Positions 10,031 through 18,877 of a DNA stretch of 64,000 bases are shown piece after piece. The DNA lies in NCBI GenBank assembly GCA_023898725.1, contig CP060236.1:342804-406803 (forward strand), in the 5' to 3' direction. The notes under the pieces are model-generated. The model was not told the origin of the DNA, ran no database searches, and saw nothing but the letters and a program-made list of their open reading frames with translations. Made by a program: the position numbers and the translations under genes. Origin of the DNA: Alphaproteobacteria bacterium. Its GTDB lineage: Bacteria; Pseudomonadota; Alphaproteobacteria; JAUHZC01. The stretch's first letter is position 1; every line of letters begins with the position of its first letter.

Positions 10031-10104
10031 TGGAGGCCGGGACCGGAATCGAACCGACATACAAGGATTTGCAGTCCTCTGCATAACCATTCTGCCACCC
10101 GGCC
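10031..10104 (-). tRNA. tRNA-Cys (anticodon GCA)
   Basis: The reverse complement GGCCGGGTGGCAGAATGGTTATGCAGAGGACTGCAAATCCTTGTATGTCGGTTCGATTCCGGTCCCGGCCTCCA folds as a cloverleaf. Anticodon loop is CTGCAAA. Confidence 0.9.
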
Positions 10105-10233
10105 TTTGCCTTGTTATAGCGTTCTTTATCTCTTTTGGTCAAGATTCTTCTCATGATTCGGTTAGTGAATCAGTGGATATGTTTGCTCCAATTGAAAAAA
10201 ATGCTATAAGGAGAAAAAGGTCAGGAATACTCT

Positions 10234-11421
10234 ATGCATCGGATACTAAATGTTTCTGCTTTTCACGTCATTGTAACACTGCCTGTTGTTTTGTTGGGCT
10301 TACTGGTTGTCCACACGCAGTGGCTAGGCTTTCACTTGGGTTACATTGGGTACACAGTCCTTGCCTTTTATGGTTATCAAATTGCTGTGTGCGTGGGACT
10401 GCACCGCCTCTGGGCACATCAGTCGTTTAAGGCGCATGCTGCCGTTGAATGGGTTCTGGCGTGGGTCGCTGCGGGCTCCCTACAGGGTCCTATTCTCGCC
10501 TGGGCTTCTGATCATTACAAACATCACGCCTTCACAGATACGCCGAATGACCCTCACTCGCCCTTAAAATATAAATCCCGCTTGGCTGGATTCGTTTGGT
10601 CGCACGTAGGATGGATGCTCTACGAACCAACACCCAAAAAAATTGAACGCATTGCCTTGGTGAAACTCGGTCGCAACAAGCCTGTGATGTGGCAGATGAA
10701 ACACTATTGGTCTTTGGCTGTGTTCATGAATGTAATAGTCCCTAGTCTTGTAGGATTATTCATCGAGCAAACCTGGACTGGAGCCTTTACGGGGGTTGTA
10801 TTTATGGGACTGGGCCGTGTTCTGCAGCAACACGCTACGTTTACCGTCAATTCATTGTGTCATTTCTTCGGACGACGGCCGTATACCCCAGGAACTGCTC
10901 GTGACTTATGGTGGGGAGTTTTTCTGCTGTTAGGAGAGAATTGGCATAATTTTCATCACGCCTTTCCACGAGACTATCGCAATGGTCACAAATGGTATCA
11001 TGTGGATATTAACAAGTGGATTATTAATGGCTTAAGGTGCGTGGGTTTAGCATGGGAACTGGAAAAAACCCCACGGGCACGCATCACAGCAAAAACACAA
11101 ATGACACTGGATACCTTTGCAGAAAGATACGTAACGCTTCTTGGGGCATTAAAAACTGAGTGTCGCAAGATCCACACAAAAGTATATGATGGATACACAA
11201 CACTGTGCAAAACTATAGGCACGACGGAAACCCACACAAAAATTCCACGTACCTACGGGAAACTCCTTCTCAAGTCTGAAAAAGCCCTCGCGCACCTTGC
11301 GACGCTTCGGGTAAGTATGGATACTAAAAAGCTTGAAAAATCCTTACACAAGTTACAAAAACGCCTCACAAAAATTGAATTGCGCTTTCAGCGGATCTTG
11401 CAAGAACATCACGTGCAATAA
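10234..11421 (+). CDS. Membrane acyl-lipid/acyl-CoA delta-9-type fatty acid desaturase with a C-terminal extension
   Basis: Three histidine boxes: HRLWAH, HYKHHAFTD (with PHSP) and NWHNFHHAFP. About 100 extra Lys-rich, helical-looking residues at the C-terminus. Confidence 0.85.
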   Translation: MHRILNVSAFHVIVTLPVVLLGLLVVHTQWLGFHLGYIGYTVLAFYGYQIAVCVGLHRLWAHQSFKAHAAVEWVLAWVAAGSLQGPILAWASDHYKHHAFTDTPNDPHSPLKYKSRLAGFVWSHVGWMLYEPTPKKIERIALVKLGRNKPVMWQMKHYWSLAVFMNVIVPSLVGLFIEQTWTGAFTGVVFMGLGRVLQQHATFTVNSLCHFFGRRPYTPGTARDLWWGVFLLLGENWHNFHHAFPRDYRNGHKWYHVDINKWIINGLRCVGLAWELEKTPRARITAKTQMTLDTFAERYVTLLGALKTECRKIHTKVYDGYTTLCKTIGTTETHTKIPRTYGKLLLKSEKALAHLATLRVSMDTKKLEKSLHKLQKRLTKIELRFQRILQEHHVQ

Positions 11422-11564
11422 CGAGAACCTTACTAACAGCAAGGATTTTTCTAATTTTATAAAGAACAGGGACATTGTCAGGTCGTAAATTACACTCCCT
11501 TGATCACTCCATCAAGATAAAGGCTCCTCCCTATCAACCCAAGCAGACCTTAGGCTTTGATTCT

Positions 11565-12146
11565 TTAGTCCTTGTGTGTCCGCCAGTGCCATACAAACAA
11601 ACCGCTAAACCCAACCAACAAGCCTAGGCCAATAATATATGTGAACCACTTTTGAGCCAATGCCAGCCCTGCTTCAATTTCCCCAGAAAAATAATACCCA
11701 ATTGCATAGCCAGCACCACAACTCAGAACCGACCAAATCAATGCTGCTATAAGATTAATTAGACTAAAGCGCATAATAGATATACCACTAGCACCAATCA
11801 TCAACGGGCTTACCGTGCGGATACCATAGACAAAACGAAAAAAGAAAATAAACGAGGTTTTATAGCGGTGCAACATTTTAAACGCCCGATCTCCCGCTGG
11901 TTTCAAGTGAGGCCAACGCAAAAATAAGCCTGGCCCGTACTTACGTCCCACAAAAAAGAGTATTTGGTCCGCAATAAGAGACCCCAAGAAAGCAATCAAA
12001 ACAATAACAGGAAAACTCAGGTACTTTTTATAGGCTAGATACCCCGCGGTCAGAACAAAGCTTTCCCCCTCAACCAAGGAACCCAGAAAAAGAATGGCAT
12101 ACGCCACTTCAGGGCCATACGCCACAAACCGCTCTAATAAACTCAC
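11565..12146 (-). CDS. dedA: DedA-family inner membrane protein
   Basis: SLVEGESFVLTAGYLA and FFFRFVYGIRTVSPLMIGASG are typical SNARE-associated/DedA motifs. 193 aa, multi-TM. Confidence 0.8.
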   Translation of the reverse strand: MSLLERFVAYGPEVAYAILFLGSLVEGESFVLTAGYLAYKKYLSFPVIVLIAFLGSLIADQILFFVGRKYGPGLFLRWPHLKPAGDRAFKMLHRYKTSFIFFFRFVYGIRTVSPLMIGASGISIMRFSLINLIAALIWSVLSCGAGYAIGYYFSGEIEAGLALAQKWFTYIIGLGLLVGFSGLFVWHWRTHKD

Positions 12147-12157
12147 AGGAGAACCTC

Positions 12158-14020
12158 CTAACGCCTTCCAAATAATTTTTCTATATCATACTTGTGGAGT
12201 TTTACATAGGTGGGGCGCCCATGGTTACACTGCCCAGAGTAAGGAACTTCTTCCATTTGGCGCAAGAGAGCTTCCATTTCTTGTAAAGATAACCGCCTTC
12301 CGGCCCGGATACTCCCGTGGCAGGCAAAGGTACTGCATAAATCTTCGATTTTTTCTTTCAGTGCTAAAGGAGATCCATGAGCATCAATCTCATCACAAAT
12401 ATCTTTAATTAGTTGCTCTATCGATGCATCACGCAAAATACTAGGGATCTCTAGCACACGCACGTGCGTCGCATCTTCAACCCGAAAAATAAGCCCAAAA
12501 CTTTCAAGGTCTTTTTGAAGAGCTTGAATATGACCACATGCCCGTTCATCGAGCTGTACAAGAATGGGTAAAAGCAAGAGCTGACGTTGCAACCCTTCTT
12601 TCTGATGACGCATTTTCATGCGCTCATAGACAAGCCTTTCATGAGCAGCATGCTGATCTACCATAATCAAATGATCAGGGGTTGCACTGATCACATATGT
12701 ATCAAATATTTGCGCAATTGGTTTCCCAAGATACGAAACTTCCGACTGGCTGGCTGCTTCAGGCGTGTTTTGAGACTCTCGGCTGGATGGGGAACCTTCA
12801 AGCGGGCGATAGATAAATGTTTGCGCATCTCGAAGTGTTTCTGAAGAAACAGGAGATGCCGCAAACGTGTATGCTCCAGACGATGAGCGCACATTCGTGA
12901 AAGTTCGGGACTGGGGCAAAAAAGAAGATTGCATCATGGTGGTTGATGTTGGGTTTTCATCCACAGCTGAAAAAGCCCTTAACGCTTGATCCGCAACAAC
13001 CGTTGATGCCCTATGGGCCCCTTGATCCAAAGCGCCCTGAACGCCCTTAAATAATATCTTTCGCACCAAGTTACTATCACGAAACCGCACTTCCGTTTTA
13101 GCTGGGTGCACATTCACGTCGACATCTTCTGCTGGGGCACACATAAATAAAACAGCAACAGGAAAGCGATTTCGCGCAAGATAGTCTTGATACGCCACGC
13201 GCAAAACGGATGGAAGCATTTTATCTTTTACAGGTCTTTTGTTGACAAAGAGATACTGCAGGTTTCCATTTGCACGATTAAAAGTCGGTAGACCAACAAC
13301 ACCTGTCAGTTTATAACCCGGACTTTCGTGCAAGACCGAAACGGCATTCTCCTGGAACTCACTTCCTAGAACATCAAACATACGGCCAATAGAAGCTTCT
13401 TCGGGATCTGAAAGATCAGAGGCTAAATACCGACACACTGTGCGTTTATCATCGATAAACGTAAAGGACACTCCCGGGTTACACAGAGCATACTTCTTCA
13501 CCCCATCAACAATATGTTGGGTTTCTGTAACTGGTGTACGGAGAAATTTTAGGCGTGCCGGAACAGCAAAAAACAAGTCCCGCATAGTAACGACCGTTCC
13601 TACCGGCATCACCATAGGTGTAACTTCTGTCATTGCTCCGCCATCACACGTGGTTGTATACCCGGAATCACTATTGGCTGTGCGTGAAGATAGCTGAAGA
13701 CGACTCACCGCCCCCATAGATGCAAGTGCCTCTCCGCGAAAACCAAAGCTATTAACAGCAAATAAATCGGCGTTCTCAAGTTTTGACGTTGCATGGCGTT
13801 CCAAAGCAAGCCCTAGCTGATCGTGAGGAATCCCTGCACCATTATCTTTCACTTGAATAAAGGCTTGTCCACCCTGGCGAATCATTATTTCAATAGCTGT
13901 TGCCCCTGCATCAAGACTGTTTTCAATCAATTCTTTAATTGCAGAAGCAGGGCGTTCAACAACCTCACCTGCGGCAATTTGGTTGACGAGATTTGTGGGT
14001 AAACGACGAATTATAGACAT
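12158..14020 (-). CDS. mutL: DNA mismatch repair protein MutL
   Basis: N-terminal GHKL ATPase motifs IAAGEVVERPASAIKELIENSLDAGA and DNGAGI. C-terminal endonuclease motifs DQHAAHERL, ACHGSIRAG and CNHGRPT. Confidence 0.93.
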   Translation of the reverse strand: MSIIRRLPTNLVNQIAAGEVVERPASAIKELIENSLDAGATAIEIMIRQGGQAFIQVKDNGAGIPHDQLGLALERHATSKLENADLFAVNSFGFRGEALASMGAVSRLQLSSRTANSDSGYTTTCDGGAMTEVTPMVMPVGTVVTMRDLFFAVPARLKFLRTPVTETQHIVDGVKKYALCNPGVSFTFIDDKRTVCRYLASDLSDPEEASIGRMFDVLGSEFQENAVSVLHESPGYKLTGVVGLPTFNRANGNLQYLFVNKRPVKDKMLPSVLRVAYQDYLARNRFPVAVLFMCAPAEDVDVNVHPAKTEVRFRDSNLVRKILFKGVQGALDQGAHRASTVVADQALRAFSAVDENPTSTTMMQSSFLPQSRTFTNVRSSSGAYTFAASPVSSETLRDAQTFIYRPLEGSPSSRESQNTPEAASQSEVSYLGKPIAQIFDTYVISATPDHLIMVDQHAAHERLVYERMKMRHQKEGLQRQLLLLPILVQLDERACGHIQALQKDLESFGLIFRVEDATHVRVLEIPSILRDASIEQLIKDICDEIDAHGSPLALKEKIEDLCSTFACHGSIRAGRRLSLQEMEALLRQMEEVPYSGQCNHGRPTYVKLHKYDIEKLFGRR

Positions 14021-15180
14021 TAGCGTGCTTCCAGAATATTCCGCGTACGAATCTTAGCACCCTCAACAGCAGGTTGGTTATAGGGATTCACCCCTAAGTT
14101 TTTGGCTATCAAGACTACCTCCGCCATAAGTAATCCACACAGACGCCCCCACATAAAAGGGGTATCCTCCAGTGTCACGACACGTATAGGAAATCCTTTT
14201 TTTTCAAGTTCTTGAATAGTAGCCTCTTTCTCCGCATGAAACAATTCAGCAAGAGTTTTTTGCGACAAAAAAGCCAACTCCGGGTCATCCGACATCATAA
14301 CTGGAAGATCCTGTTTTTGCTCTTCAGAACAAAAAAATGTAAAGTAGTTGACACGTGGCCCATCTAAATAAAGCTGTATTTGACTGTGTTGATCAACGAT
14401 CCCACGCGATATACTTAGCTCGGTTCCCTTACCATCTTTACCGAGACTTTCTGACCACAGCTGCCGATACCAATAAGCCAAACTCCGGAGGCGATCTCCA
14501 TAATACATACACACATGGTTGCTAATCGTGGCTTGCGCGGCTTGCAAAAAATGATGGGCCCCTGGAAGGTCATGAACGTTTACAAGGACCTCTTGGGCAC
14601 CGGCACGAAATTGCGCCATGTCAAAATCTAATAATGCAGCAACAATGGCCCCCGTTGATGAGAAAAGGCTAAATCTCCCCCCAATCTCAGGATCGTGGGG
14701 AATAAAGTGGCACCCGTGTTTATGGGAAAACCGGCGAAGCGGTGTATCCACGTCTGTAGATAAAACGACGATATCTGCAACACCTTCGGGGTATCCCCTT
14801 TCATAATAAAGAGGAACGATACTCAAAAGTTGAGCGATTGTTTCGGGCGTATAGCCTGATTTGGATATTACCACAACACCCATGGATCGCGGATCAAAAT
14901 CACGCAAAAAGCCCATCATTTGATCAGGATCGATGTTTTCAATAAATTGGATTGTCTCTTGAGCACTGCATGCTTGAATCACTTGACCACCAAGACTTGA
15001 TCCGCCAACACCAAATATGATAAAGCGGCCATATTTTTCTTTTAAAGTATAGGCTGCCTCACGCACACAAGGATCAAAAGCGGCCAGTCTCTTGGCGCTC
15101 AGCATGATCAAATCCTCGGCACAAATAATATACGCAGGGTCGTTGTTTGTCACAACGCTCGCTGGGGAAAAACGGTGCAT
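14020..15180 (-). CDS. pgi: Glucose-6-phosphate isomerase (short bacterial type)
   Basis: SIS/PGI motifs FGVGGSSLG, SKSGYTPET, IGGRFSLFS, WSESLGK and VDQHSQIQLYLDGP. The start was set at MHRFSP to avoid a 119-nt overlap with the upstream gene. Confidence 0.8.
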   Translation of the reverse strand: MHRFSPASVVTNNDPAYIICAEDLIMLSAKRLAAFDPCVREAAYTLKEKYGRFIIFGVGGSSLGGQVIQACSAQETIQFIENIDPDQMMGFLRDFDPRSMGVVVISKSGYTPETIAQLLSIVPLYYERGYPEGVADIVVLSTDVDTPLRRFSHKHGCHFIPHDPEIGGRFSLFSSTGAIVAALLDFDMAQFRAGAQEVLVNVHDLPGAHHFLQAAQATISNHVCMYYGDRLRSLAYWYRQLWSESLGKDGKGTELSISRGIVDQHSQIQLYLDGPRVNYFTFFCSEEQKQDLPVMMSDDPELAFLSQKTLAELFHAEKEATIQELEKKGFPIRVVTLEDTPFMWGRLCGLLMAEVVLIAKNLGVNPYNQPAVEGAKIRTRNILEAR

Positions 15181-15193
15181 GCTGTGTGGTTTC

Positions 15194-16579
15194 TTATTCA
15201 CCGGTCTTCGTTCCAGGAGAACCATGGATAAACACATGCATGCGGTCGGGGTGAATATATTTTTTTGACAACTCTTGCAGGGTACCAAGATCCAGTGTTT
15301 CAAGTTTATCATGACGATGATTCACATATGATTTGGATTTTCCCTGCAACCTATAGCCGTGCAAAACTCTTGCTGTATCATATGTGGTCGTAAAACCCAT
15401 TACATGAGAATCTTGGGCTCTGCGAACACCTTCTAATAACTCGTCCGGCGTAATGCCCTGGGTATGAACCTGATGCAGAACATCCTTCACCACTTGCAAA
15501 GCTTCATAAACCTGATGGTTTGCTGTACTAAAAAGAACCCGTATATTGCCCGATTTTTCTTGGCGCACCGTGTAAGCATTGACAACATAAGCCAACCCCC
15601 GTCTTTCGCGAACCTCTTTCCACAGGCGTTTTTCTAAAATTCCCATAAGAATTTGAAGCCCAAGAGCATCTTTGTGTTTCAAGGGAATGCCAGGCATCAC
15701 ACCTACCACCGTACATTGAGGAACTTCTTCTGGTATAATATAAGGATCGCTTCCTACTGCCTCAGGGATCACCCAAGCATCACAAGCACTCACACTGCTT
15801 CGCTTGTGTGCAAAAGGAACCATGCGATCGAGATACTCTCCTGCTTTCTCAGCAGAAAGATTCCCCACAATAGTTGCGACCACGTTTGTTTGGGATAGGC
15901 TGTGCAGTTTTTCGACCAAATCCTGAGACGTAATGCGATGAATATCCTCTGGTGTATCAAAAACAAGACGTCCATAAGGATGGTCAGCATACAGTGTCTT
16001 CCGGATTAATTTACCCAATTGATACTGGGAGGAAGCTCTTTTCATAGCAATTTGGGCAAGTTCACGTTCCTTGATGATTGCCAAGTCATCCGCACCCAAT
16101 CGTGGATTTTTCAATAAATCCTCTGCCACAAGAACAAGATCAGGAAAATCCTCCGCAAGAGCCGTTACAAACATTTCGTAGGTATCCAAACCCGCTGCAA
16201 AAGCAATTGATGCCCCCCGATCATCAAGAAATTCCCGTAACTGTTTTTCGTTACGTTTGTGCGAACCCTTCAGCAGCATACGCGCAAGAATATCACCTAC
16301 CCCTACGTGTGAGGCAGGGTCATAGGCCACACCCCCTTGTTTAAAGGAAAGCACCACAGAAACAACAGGTGCCTTAGGATCATTCACATGCCAAAAAACT
16401 ATTCCCTTTGGAGAAACATGCTTTTTTACATTAAGGTTAATGGTGCTTTTAGTATGGGCCTTATTATCTTCGCTATCCTGTGTCGATGCAAATGACGATC
16501 CTTGTTTCTCAAGGGGTTTATCATCAGAACACCCACCGAAAAGGAGGATAAAAATAAATAGCACAAGGTTTTGAATCAT
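15194..16579 (-). CDS. M16-family peptidase, non-catalytic (beta-like) subunit, lipoprotein
   Basis: Lipobox LLFGGC. M16 fold-like sequence, but no HxxEH motif. 4-nt ATGA overlap with the upstream catalytic M16 gene. Confidence 0.75.
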   Translation of the reverse strand: MIQNLVLFIFILLFGGCSDDKPLEKQGSSFASTQDSEDNKAHTKSTINLNVKKHVSPKGIVFWHVNDPKAPVVSVVLSFKQGGVAYDPASHVGVGDILARMLLKGSHKRNEKQLREFLDDRGASIAFAAGLDTYEMFVTALAEDFPDLVLVAEDLLKNPRLGADDLAIIKERELAQIAMKRASSQYQLGKLIRKTLYADHPYGRLVFDTPEDIHRITSQDLVEKLHSLSQTNVVATIVGNLSAEKAGEYLDRMVPFAHKRSSVSACDAWVIPEAVGSDPYIIPEEVPQCTVVGVMPGIPLKHKDALGLQILMGILEKRLWKEVRERRGLAYVVNAYTVRQEKSGNIRVLFSTANHQVYEALQVVKDVLHQVHTQGITPDELLEGVRRAQDSHVMGFTTTYDTARVLHGYRLQGKSKSYVNHRHDKLETLDLGTLQELSKKYIHPDRMHVFIHGSPGTKTGE

Positions 16580-18015
16580 TGCGTAAGGCCTTTCACAAGA
16601 GTCCCCACTGGCACAAATGCAGGCAAGGGTTTGTTTTGTCTGGGTTCACGAGAAATACTCGGCCCTTCCTCACAAGGAAGGGCTTCGGCCGTCACAACGG
16701 CATGACGTGACCGCACAAACGTTTGAGCCAGGGCTTGAATATCTTCTATAGTCAGCGCTTGCAATACTTCAGGCCATGCATTAGCTTCTTCAAAGCTATA
16801 CCCCAAAACCATGGCAGATCCCAGTTCCTCCGCACCATAAAAAGCACTGTCACTCTTTAAGCGCTGGGCGCGCAACAAGCGCCTCTTTGCTTCTTCAATG
16901 TTTTCTGCCTTTATTTTAGAGGGAAGTTCTTCAAAAAACATATCCCAAGCATGGGCTATTGCCTCACGAGTAATCTTTTCTTTGGGAGAAACACTACACA
17001 ACACAGCGGGCTGAAGTTTAGTCGGAGACATCATTGCAATACTGACATGGGTGGCTATTTCTTTCTCACGGACAAAATACTCATAAGCATATCCAAGCGT
17101 ATCGTGTGAAAGAAGATAGTCTAGCAACTCAAGACCAACAGCATCTTTAAAAGAGATTGTCTCATGTTTACCCATATCTAACAAAAATGCATAATAACAA
17201 GAACGCTTTTTGATGCGCGCATGGCAATTCACAAGGTGTGTTTTCAGTCCATGATGAGGGGGTTCAACAAGAGGAGCCAAGGAAATGTCTTCTTGGGGCA
17301 CAAGGGAAGCATAGTACTGATCCACCAGATTTCGTGCATCCTTAAGCGTAATGTCACCAGCAAGAACGAGTATCATACGTTGCGGTGTATAAAACTGAGT
17401 ATAAAAAGCCTGAGCATCCTCTAACGAAAGAGACTCCATCTCATGGCGCCAGCCAATTGTAGGACGACCATAGGGATGGTTCCAATAGAGAGAGGCAAAA
17501 ATTCCTTCCAACAGCTGCTTCTCAGGGATATTATCCGTGCGCATGCTCCGTTCTTCAAGAATTACCTTGCGCTCTGAGGTCACGATAGGAAGAGTCAGGC
17601 GCAACCCTTGAAGGCGCGGAGCAATTAAGGACATTGCTCGCGGCAAATGGTGGCGGGGCAAGCGTTGATAATAAACTGTAAGATCAAAACCTGTAGCAGC
17701 ATTGTGTTCAGCACCAAGAACGTCCATTTCTTTCATCACGGTATCTTCGGCCATCGTGAGACTCGCCCCTTTAAGCATAAGGTGCTCAAGAAAGTGGGCG
17801 ATTCCAGACCTTCCTGGGGGGTCATCTTTTGTGCCCGCTTTTACCCAAAGAGCGCAGCTAACAACAGGTGCCTTGTGATTGGGAATTACTACAACTTGCA
17901 AACCATTAGGGAGGGTAAAACTCTGACCTTCGACCAGCTTGGCATTAACCGAAAAGGAACATAGAATAATCCAAAAAAAGGGTACTACTTTATGCAAATG
18001 GCCCAACAACATCAT
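16576..18015 (-). CDS. M16-family zinc peptidase (pitrilysin-like), catalytic subunit
   Basis: Inverted zinc motif HFLEHLMLKG (HxxEH). Signal-like MMLLGHLHKVVPFFWIILCSFSVNA. The start was set at the internal MM; the ORF track start is 18093. Confidence 0.85.
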   Translation of the reverse strand: MMLLGHLHKVVPFFWIILCSFSVNAKLVEGQSFTLPNGLQVVVIPNHKAPVVSCALWVKAGTKDDPPGRSGIAHFLEHLMLKGASLTMAEDTVMKEMDVLGAEHNAATGFDLTVYYQRLPRHHLPRAMSLIAPRLQGLRLTLPIVTSERKVILEERSMRTDNIPEKQLLEGIFASLYWNHPYGRPTIGWRHEMESLSLEDAQAFYTQFYTPQRMILVLAGDITLKDARNLVDQYYASLVPQEDISLAPLVEPPHHGLKTHLVNCHARIKKRSCYYAFLLDMGKHETISFKDAVGLELLDYLLSHDTLGYAYEYFVREKEIATHVSIAMMSPTKLQPAVLCSVSPKEKITREAIAHAWDMFFEELPSKIKAENIEEAKRRLLRAQRLKSDSAFYGAEELGSAMVLGYSFEEANAWPEVLQALTIEDIQALAQTFVRSRHAVVTAEALPCEEGPSISREPRQNKPLPAFVPVGTLVKGLTQ

Positions 18016-18037
18016 AATACACTCACAACCGTACGTG

Positions 18038-18388
18038 TTACTTAACAGAGTCCCCAAGTTTCTTGCGAACGTCTGGGTCTCTTGCGGAAGCATCTGCCTG
18101 ATTTAGGAGATTTTTTTCAGACACAGAAAGTGTTGATGGAAGAGAACGCTTTTTCTCACCTCCATCTGCGCGCAACGTACGATAAGAAGCTTCCGGGTCT
18201 CCCGTTTTAGGAGGGTACAGCGTGTACAAATCTTTGGGTGTTGTTAGTGGTGGGCGCTCCATAAGCGTATGTTCGTCCGGAATGACTTTTTGGAGGCCAA
18301 GGGCTTTTTTCGTGCTGTCACACCCACCCAAGACACAAAGAGCCACAAGGGTATAAAAAATTGACGAAGATAGAGGCAAGTTTTTCAT
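18038..18388 (-). CDS. Small lipoprotein (DUF3035-like), downstream of lspA
   Basis: Lipobox LCVLGGCDS. Pro-rich PDEHTLMERPPLTTP. The position after lspA is common in alphaproteobacteria. The family assignment is tentative. Confidence 0.55.
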   Translation of the reverse strand: MKNLPLSSSIFYTLVALCVLGGCDSTKKALGLQKVIPDEHTLMERPPLTTPKDLYTLYPPKTGDPEASYRTLRADGGEKKRSLPSTLSVSEKNLLNQADASARDPDVRKKLGDSVK

Positions 18389-18409
18389 GAAATAATCGTA
18401 TTTAACTCT

Positions 18410-18877
18410 TCACCTTTTACGAGATTTTGGACAAAAACGCAAGCTATCTATAAGGAGGCCAACGGCTCCAAGCGTAATCAGTGCATCCGCTACATTAAAC
18501 GTCGGAAAGTGGTATCCCCCTAAATGGAAATCAAAAAAATCAAAAACTCCTCCCATTCGGACGCGATCCGCTATGTTTGAAAGCGCGCCACTCAAAACAC
18601 AGACGTATGACCAGGCCGATAGAGAGCGCGTTTCTCGCCAAAAAATAAAAGCAAAAACCACCACAATGCAGGACGTCAATACCACGAGAGTCAGGGGTGA
18701 AAAATCAGCAAACATTCCAAAACTCACCCCCGCATTAACGACTCCCTTAATCGCGAAAAAAGGTGTTATCTGGAGAGTAGCAATTTCCATCTTCTGTACC
18801 ACATATTTCGTATATTGATCGATCCCGAAGCCAATAAAAAGGGTTACAATCATCGCAATACGCATTGGTATGCTCAT
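18410..18877 (-). CDS. lspA: Lipoprotein signal peptidase II
   Basis: VNAGVSFG and FPTFNVAD motifs, four TM segments, 155 aa. 4-nt overlap with the ileS stop. Confidence 0.9.
   Translation of the reverse strand: MSIPMRIAMIVTLFIGFGIDQYTKYVVQKMEIATLQITPFFAIKGVVNAGVSFGMFADFSPLTLVVLTSCIVVVFAFIFWRETRSLSAWSYVCVLSGALSNIADRVRMGGVFDFFDFHLGGYHFPTFNVADALITLGAVGLLIDSLRFCPKSRKR

Noticed and set aside
9600-10154. 184-aa minus-strand ORF and 63-aa plus-strand ORF spanning the tRNA cluster.
   Set aside because: They overlap three well-folded tRNAs (Arg, Asn, Cys). The ORFs are artefacts of reading through tRNA genes.
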